Assembly: GCA_013002045.1 (NCBI GenBank)
Contig: JABDKV010000058.1
Coordinates: 1-41,459, forward strand
Source of the DNA: Gammaproteobacteria bacterium
Lineage (GTDB): Bacteria; Pseudomonadota; Gammaproteobacteria; Steroidobacterales; JABDKV01
Length of the DNA: 41,459 bases
Reading direction: 5' to 3'
Each line of letters starts with the position of its first letter. Within the stretch, counting starts at the first letter, position 1. Below are positions 8,857 to 14,679 of the stretch, in pieces. The position numbers were made by a program, and so were the translations under genes. Under the pieces are notes generated by a model. That model had not been told where the DNA came from. It did not search any database and saw only the letters and a program-made list of their open reading frames with translations.

Positions 8857-8918
8857 CTCCACGCGCGACAAGCCATCAGGCCCCTGATTTCCGGGGTTCG
8901 CAACGGTCATCTGGGCAG

Positions 8919-8950
8919 CGGCTTAACAATTATGTTAAGCCGTTGTCTTT
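8919..8950 (+). terminator. Rho-independent terminator closing the EPS operon
   Basis: A 10-bp perfect stem CGGCTTAACA / TGTTAAGCCG with loop ATTA, followed by TTGTCTTTTA. Confidence 0.7.
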
Positions 8951-9170
8951 TATCGTAAAAGTTGCCTCGCAATATTCGAAACTTAGACTTGCGTCACATT
9001 TGTCCCTGTATTAACCTTCACTACAGAAACTGGATTCATCCATGGACGGGGGTCAGTTTTGAGACATGTCTAACGGACTGCGTCGGACTGTCGATGTTTT
9101 TTACAACCCGGTTCCAGAGGGGAATCACAAGAACAGAACGGGTTTAGTAGATACAACAAATGTTGGGGGT

Positions 9171-9186
9171 TGGCACGATTATTGGA
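9171..9186 (+). promoter_or_regulatory. Candidate sigma-54 promoter upstream of the cohesin-like gene
   Basis: TGGCACGATTATTGGA: the -24 half is perfect (TGGCACG), the -12 half is TTGG instead of TTGC, and the spacing is correct. It lies in an AT-rich 380-nt intergenic region. Confidence 0.35.
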
Positions 9187-9330
9187 CTTGAGTAGGGCAG
9201 CCTACTGGGCAACTACCTACCGATCGCGATGCGACGGCAACGTGGTTTGTCTGGTAACCGAAAATAACCAACACATTTGTGGCACAAGACCAGTCTGAAA
9301 TAACCAAAATATATTAGGGAGATCAAAAAA

Positions 9331-9927
9331 ATGATCAAGAAAATTATCGGTAGCGTCGCATTGCTCGTGCTGGCGGCTGGCGCCAACGCGAACACCGTGA
9401 GCCTGGAGGGCCCGGCACTACCAGTCACGGGTGGCGACACCTTCGACGTCAATGTAATTGGTGAATTCGGCGCCACCGGAATGGGTGCGGGCGGTTTTCA
9501 GCTGTTCTGGGACAACGCAGTGCTGTCGCTGGACAATTATGTGTCCGCGATCAATCTCGACGATCAGCTGTCATGCCCAAGCGATAACCAGCCGAACTGC
9601 CCCAATGATCCGGACGGCACGTTCTCAAATGTATTCGGAAATTTCAATGGGTTGATCGCACCGGACGCTGGCCCCACGCTGATCGGAACGTTTACGTTTA
9701 CCGTGATCGCGGCTGCCTCTTCAGGTGCAGGTTCAACCTCTACCGCACTGACCATGGCCGACTTTACGCCATTCACCGGTGGCTGGTTCAACAATGGGTT
9801 ATCAGAGCCGATTACCAGTCCTGACCTGATCGGTACCACGATCGAAATTCAGCCGATCCCGCTGCCTGCAGCAGTATGGCTGATGGTTGGTGGCCTGGCA
9901 GCGCTGGCGCGCTTCCGCCGCAGCTAA
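9331..9927 (+). CDS. Secreted cohesin-like domain protein with VPLPA/PEP-CTERM-type C-terminal sorting signal
   Basis: Signal peptide MIKKIIGSVALLVLAAGANA. An all-beta body with a cohesin-like pattern (VSLEGPALPVTGGDTFDVNV, GFQLFWDNAVLSL, LIGTFTFTVIAAASSGAGST). Tail IPLPAAVWLMVGGLAALARFRRS. AGGGAG Shine-Dalgarno. Confidence 0.8.
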   Translation: MIKKIIGSVALLVLAAGANANTVSLEGPALPVTGGDTFDVNVIGEFGATGMGAGGFQLFWDNAVLSLDNYVSAINLDDQLSCPSDNQPNCPNDPDGTFSNVFGNFNGLIAPDAGPTLIGTFTFTVIAAASSGAGSTSTALTMADFTPFTGGWFNNGLSEPITSPDLIGTTIEIQPIPLPAAVWLMVGGLAALARFRRS

Positions 9928-9952
9928 GAATTAACCGTAACCGGTTACGAAG

Positions 9953-9984
9953 AAACCCCGCCTCAAGGCGGGGTTTTTTTGTTT
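9953..9984 (+). terminator. Rho-independent terminator
   Basis: AAACCCCGCC-TCAA-GGCGGGGTTT followed by a T-run (TTTTTTTGTTT). Confidence 0.85.
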
Positions 9985-10149
9985 CAGACGGTGAAACCGG
10001 CGGCGCATGCAGGTAAGGTAGAGCGAGCGTGGCCCGGAAACTGGGCAAGTTTTCGAAATCACCATAGAATGTGATTCGGATCCGTAGCGCAAACAAAATA
10101 ACTATGACGCGACGCTCCGGGTTGTTGGGGGATAATTGAGGTGCGATTT

Positions 10150-13100
10150 GTGAAAAGCAAAATGCTGGTTGCTGCGGCGTCCGCGGCAGTAATGCTGGTT
10201 GCCGGTCTTTCGGCCAATGCAACGTTTTCGATTGGCTGGTTGGCGCAGGGGCTGAATCTGGCCGCCACTACCGGCCAGGGATCCGACCCGACGTCCGTGC
10301 GTGTGCGCACTGCGGACAAGAGTAATGGGTTTCGATGGGAAAAGGGATTAGCGGGCCGGCATCGGTATATCGTGCGCCTCGACGATGACCCACTGGCCAG
10401 CTATCGCGGCGGTATAGATGGGCTGACTGCGACCAATCCCGATACGCTGCGTGCCGGCGCCCGGGCGGCCGCAAAAGTCGCTGCGGCGGGAGGTGATGTA
10501 CGGCTGGACGTAGATAGCGCCGCCAGTCGGGCTTACCTCGACTACCTTGCACGCCAACAAACCAAGGTCGAACAACGCCTGAGTCGCGAAGTAGGCAAGC
10601 TCAATGTCATCTACCGTTATCGTCATGCCTTCAATGGCCTGACGGTGGAAATGACCCAGGAGCAGGCGGCCATCGCGGCTACACTGCCGGGCGTTGCCAC
10701 TGTGCAACGCGACTTCCTGCGCAAGATCAATACCGCCACGTCCGTTGACTGGATCGGGGCAGGTGCCGTCTGGGATGGCAGTGCGACCGGGCTGCAGGCC
10801 CGCGGCGAGGGTGTCATCGTCGGTATCATCGATACCGGGATCAATACCGATCACCCATCGTTTGCAGCAACGAGCCCGGGTGATGGCTACGCCCACGTCA
10901 ACCCGCTGGGGTCCGGCAACTACCTGCGTGATTGCGCGCCATTCGATCCGAACACCAATCCTAACGGCGGTCGCGCCGCGCTGTGCAATGACAAAGTCAT
11001 TGGCACCATGGCTCTGCCGTTATCGGCCGAGAGCGTAGGCCAGGAAGATGCCGAAGACTGGAATGGTCACGGCTCGCATACTGCCGGCACGGCTGCCGGC
11101 AACCTGGTGCTCGACGTGCCGTTTCTGAATTTCGAGGGTAATCCCACGGGTATCGTATTCGACAAGATCACCGGTGTGGCACCGCGTGCAAATGTCTCGG
11201 CCTATATGGCGTGCGGTGAGGGCGGTTGCCCCGGATCGGACCTGGTCGCGGCTATTGACGCCGCAACGGCCGACGGTGTCCATGTGATCAACTATTCAAT
11301 CGGCGGTGGACCAATTGACCCGTGGAATGATGCCGACAGCCTCGCTTTTCTCGGTTCCCGGGATGCCGGAATCTTTGTTGCAACCTCGGCGAGCAACGAT
11401 GGCCCCGATCCAGGAACGGTCGGTTCACCGGCCGTGTCGCCGTGGTTGACCTCCGTTGCTGCCAACTCTCACCAGCGTGCCTGGTCAGAAAAATATGTTG
11501 CCGACATGAGTGGCGGCGATACGCCCCCACCGGCGGATCTCCCCGGTCGTAGCGCGACCGGTGGTTTCGGACCGGCGCCGATTATTTACGCCGGTGACTA
11601 TGGCGATCCGCTGTGCGCCCTCAATGCTTTCGCACCGGGTACTTTTGCGGGCGAGATCGTGGTTTGCGACCGCGGTGGCTTTGCCCTTGTAGATAAGGCT
11701 GCCTCGGCGGCCGCAGGTGGTGCCGGAGCGGTTGTTATCGCCAGCACCGCGTCGTCGGCGCAGGGCCTGTTCGATCTTCCGTATGCCATTCCCGGTATCC
11801 AGATCAACCAGGAGCACGGCGACCTGTTACGGGCGTGGCTGGCGAGTGGCAGTGGGCATGTAGCGACAATCACCGGTGCAATCCCCGAAATCAATCCCGA
11901 TGCAGCCGATATTGTGGCGGCATTCAGTGGTCGGGGCCCAAATGCGTCCGTGCCTGACATCATTAGCCCGAACCTGTCAGCACCCGGTGTCAATGTTTAT
12001 GCCGCTGTGCAGTCGCCTACGGAATACGGACAGCTCAGCGGTACATCGATGTCCGGACCCCATGTAGCCGGCGCGGCGGCGTTGCTGCGTCAGTTGCATC
12101 CGGGTTGGACTGCGGCTGAAATCCATACTGCGCTGGCCACCACGGGGGTGCGTGATCTGCGAACCGAGGAAGATTTTCCCGAGATCGGTACACCGTTTGA
12201 CTATGGTGGCGGGACTATACGTGTCGACGCGGCTGCCCGTGCCGGGCTGTTGATGCATGAGACCACAGCCAACTTCCAGGCGGCTAATCCGGGCCTCGGT
12301 GGTGACCCGACGACACTGAACCTGCCGAGTTTTGGCAATAGCCAGTGTCTCGAAGTATGCACCTGGGAACGCACCGTCAAAGCGACAGCCGCTGCAACAT
12401 GGACCGTCAGCGCCGACAGTGACAGCGGCGTAACAATCAACGCGAGTCCGCAGACTTTCTCGTTGACAGAAGGCGAAACGCAGGTGATCACTGTAACAGC
12501 CGATGTCACCGGACAGCCGTTCGGTGAATGGCTGTTTGGCTGGGTGCACCTGACACCGGATAACGTCGCAGTGTCGCCGCAGGCATTGCCCGTTGCGGTC
12601 GCACCGACGGCCGGCATATTGCCGGAGCTGCTCGAGATTACTGCACATCGCGATGCCGGATCGCAGTTGATTGGCGGCTTCGAAACCGGCTCATTGAGTA
12701 ATGTCATCATCGATGCATATGGCTTATCGGCGCCAGTCGAGACCATTGTAGAGACCGAGGGTGACAACGGTGGCGTGTTCTCGCCTTACACCGAGACCGG
12801 TGTTGATATCTCGTTTTACGATGTACCAGCAGGCTCGGTTATTTTCTCTGCCAGTACAGCAAACAGCACGGCACCCGACATCGATCTGTTCGTCGGCCGT
12901 GACAACAACGGCGATGGCATGATTACGGCTGACGAGGAGTTGTGCCAGAGCGGCGGACCCGTCTCCATCGAACGCTGCGACCTTACCGGCGCAGACGTGC
13001 AGCAGGGCGGTAGCTTCTGGGTGGCAGTGGTGGCGTTCGAAGCCAGTGCGCCCAATGCAATCGATACGACGGAGCTGACCGTGGCGACCGCCGCACCGAG

Positions 13101-14586
13101 CACGGGCAATTTCTCAATTGAGGCGCCGTCGTTCGCTACCCCGGGTGAGGCCTGGAACATTCGCGCCTTCTGGGATGAATCGATGTCGGCGGGTGACATG
13201 ATGTTTGGCGCTGTCGAGGTGTTTGGCAACGGCGAATCGCTGGCGCTTATCCCGGTCGAGTTACGCCGCGGTGAGGACGATGTGCGCATCACCGCGTCAG
13301 ATACTATCGTCGACGCCAATCAGCCCATCACCATGACTGTTGAAGTCGAGACCAACCTGTCTCCCGAAGACCTGTTCTATGTCATCGATGCCGACATACC
13401 GGATGGTTTTGAATATGTGCCAGGCTCCGCTGATGTCAGCGAGGGTAATGTGTACGTGATCAACAACCAGTTGATCTGGATTCTGCCGCACCCGACGCTG
13501 GCGTTTGAACCGAATTTCTACGAAACCCACCTGAATGGCCCGGGTGTGGATCCCACCGATCCGCATTACAACCCGGCCTGCGACACCGGCTTTGGTGGTT
13601 ATGTCGATCTGGAGAGTTTTGGTATCGATGCGAACCCGACGATTTCGGGCGACACGATCTCGTACTTCACGCTCGAAGGTCAAAACCTGCCGTTTTACGA
13701 CAAACCGAAGACGGCTTTCACGATCACCGACGATGGTTTTGGCGTGTTTGCCTCGGGTGTAGGCAATACGCCGTGGCAGAACACCGGTATACCCAACGAT
13801 GCAGAACCCAACGATATGGTTGCAATCGCCTGGACCGATACTGAGATCGTCTATGACGCAGCGACCAACAGTGGCGTAACCATTGCGGCGCCGGGACCGA
13901 ACCTGAGTGTTGTCGAGTTCGACGACATGCAGCGTTATCCGGCCGGATCCAGCAGCGACCGGATCGACTACCAGGTCGTGTTCAACGGCGCTATCGATGA
14001 TGGTGCCAACAAGTTTGAACTGGTGCTGGCGTACGACAATATTGTCGGTGACTGGAGCGACGTAACGGTCGGTGTCGAGAACCAGGCCGGTGATGCCGGT
14101 TCGCAATACGGCGGTGCGCTTAGCGATGGCCTGATGATCTGCTATGACTATGTCGGACCGGACCTGAGCGCCGAAACGATGACTTACCAGATTCAGGCTG
14201 TGGATGCTTCAGGCGATATCGCACATGAGCTGTTTAGTATCGTCAATATGCCGGGAAGTCGTGAAAGCTCGACCAGCATCATGCTGACGGTGACGGCAGA
14301 CACTGATGCAGACGGTGTCGGTGACAACATCGATAATTGTACTGCGGTGGCAAACCCGGACCAGGTCGACGTTGACCAGGACGGTTTCGGCAACGCCTGC
14401 GATCCTGACTTCAACCAGGATGGACGAGTCGATTTCTGGGACCTGATGATGATGAAGTCGATGTACCAGACAGCTGATCCGCTGGGTGACCTGACCGGTG
14501 ACGGCTGGGTCGATGTCGCCGACCTCAATGTTATGCGTAGCCTGTTCTTCGGCCTTCCAGGTCCAAGCGCCGCTGGGCAGCAATAA
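10150..14586 (+). CDS. Giant secreted S8 subtilisin-family protease with I9 propeptide, PA insert, PPC-like domain, TSP3 repeats and dockerin-like C-terminus
   Basis: Catalytic motifs VGIIDTGI (Asp), NGHGSHTAGTAAG (His), SGTSMSGPHVAG (Ser). PA-like insert GEIVVCDRGGFALVDKA. DIDLFVGRDNNGDG. Tail DTDADGVGDNIDNC...DQDGFGNACD + DFNQDGRVDFWDL + DLTGDGWVDVADL. Start ambiguous: GTG 10141, GTG 10150 (GAGGTG 6 nt upstream) or ATG 10162. Confidence 0.9.
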   Translation: MKSKMLVAAASAAVMLVAGLSANATFSIGWLAQGLNLAATTGQGSDPTSVRVRTADKSNGFRWEKGLAGRHRYIVRLDDDPLASYRGGIDGLTATNPDTLRAGARAAAKVAAAGGDVRLDVDSAASRAYLDYLARQQTKVEQRLSREVGKLNVIYRYRHAFNGLTVEMTQEQAAIAATLPGVATVQRDFLRKINTATSVDWIGAGAVWDGSATGLQARGEGVIVGIIDTGINTDHPSFAATSPGDGYAHVNPLGSGNYLRDCAPFDPNTNPNGGRAALCNDKVIGTMALPLSAESVGQEDAEDWNGHGSHTAGTAAGNLVLDVPFLNFEGNPTGIVFDKITGVAPRANVSAYMACGEGGCPGSDLVAAIDAATADGVHVINYSIGGGPIDPWNDADSLAFLGSRDAGIFVATSASNDGPDPGTVGSPAVSPWLTSVAANSHQRAWSEKYVADMSGGDTPPPADLPGRSATGGFGPAPIIYAGDYGDPLCALNAFAPGTFAGEIVVCDRGGFALVDKAASAAAGGAGAVVIASTASSAQGLFDLPYAIPGIQINQEHGDLLRAWLASGSGHVATITGAIPEINPDAADIVAAFSGRGPNASVPDIISPNLSAPGVNVYAAVQSPTEYGQLSGTSMSGPHVAGAAALLRQLHPGWTAAEIHTALATTGVRDLRTEEDFPEIGTPFDYGGGTIRVDAAARAGLLMHETTANFQAANPGLGGDPTTLNLPSFGNSQCLEVCTWERTVKATAAATWTVSADSDSGVTINASPQTFSLTEGETQVITVTADVTGQPFGEWLFGWVHLTPDNVAVSPQALPVAVAPTAGILPELLEITAHRDAGSQLIGGFETGSLSNVIIDAYGLSAPVETIVETEGDNGGVFSPYTETGVDISFYDVPAGSVIFSASTANSTAPDIDLFVGRDNNGDGMITADEELCQSGGPVSIERCDLTGADVQQGGSFWVAVVAFEASAPNAIDTTELTVATAAPSTGNFSIEAPSFATPGEAWNIRAFWDESMSAGDMMFGAVEVFGNGESLALIPVELRRGEDDVRITASDTIVDANQPITMTVEVETNLSPEDLFYVIDADIPDGFEYVPGSADVSEGNVYVINNQLIWILPHPTLAFEPNFYETHLNGPGVDPTDPHYNPACDTGFGGYVDLESFGIDANPTISGDTISYFTLEGQNLPFYDKPKTAFTITDDGFGVFASGVGNTPWQNTGIPNDAEPNDMVAIAWTDTEIVYDAATNSGVTIAAPGPNLSVVEFDDMQRYPAGSSSDRIDYQVVFNGAIDDGANKFELVLAYDNIVGDWSDVTVGVENQAGDAGSQYGGALSDGLMICYDYVGPDLSAETMTYQIQAVDASGDIAHELFSIVNMPGSRESSTSIMLTVTADTDADGVGDNIDNCTAVANPDQVDVDQDGFGNACDPDFNQDGRVDFWDLMMMKSMYQTADPLGDLTGDGWVDVADLNVMRSLFFGLPGPSAAGQQ

Positions 14587-14595
14587 AGAAAACCT

Positions 14596-14628
14596 GCCCC
14601 GGGTCTGTGAGACGCGCGGACCCGGGGC
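14596..14628 (+). other. GC-rich intergenic stem-loop between the two protease genes
   Basis: GCCCCGGGTC (14596-14605) pairs with GACCCGGGGC (14619-14628). No T-run follows (AATAACAAAAC), so it is not a classical intrinsic terminator. Confidence 0.5.
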
Positions 14629-14679
14629 AATAACAAAACAGACCTCCGCTCGCAGCAGCCAGTGGAAGGAGGCAGGGTA

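Noticed and set aside
8962-9147. 61-aa ORF (TTG start) in the AT-rich spacer.
   Set aside because: It has no Shine-Dalgarno and a non-canonical start. Its composition is unlike the neighbouring genes, it is Cys/His/Arg-rich and it matches no motif. It more likely lies in untranslated regulatory DNA.
9280-9295. A second TGGCAC (TGGCACAAGACCAGTC) about 35 nt before the cohesin-like gene start.
   Set aside because: The -12 half (CAGTC) retains only the G, which makes it much weaker than the site at 9171. I kept it only as a note because two TGGCAC hexamers within 110 nt are unusual.
10030-10047. TGGCCCGGAAACTGGGCA upstream of the S8 protease as a third sigma-54 site.
   Set aside because: The GC of the -12 element is 2 nt out of register with the -24 GG, and sigma-54 spacing is strict.
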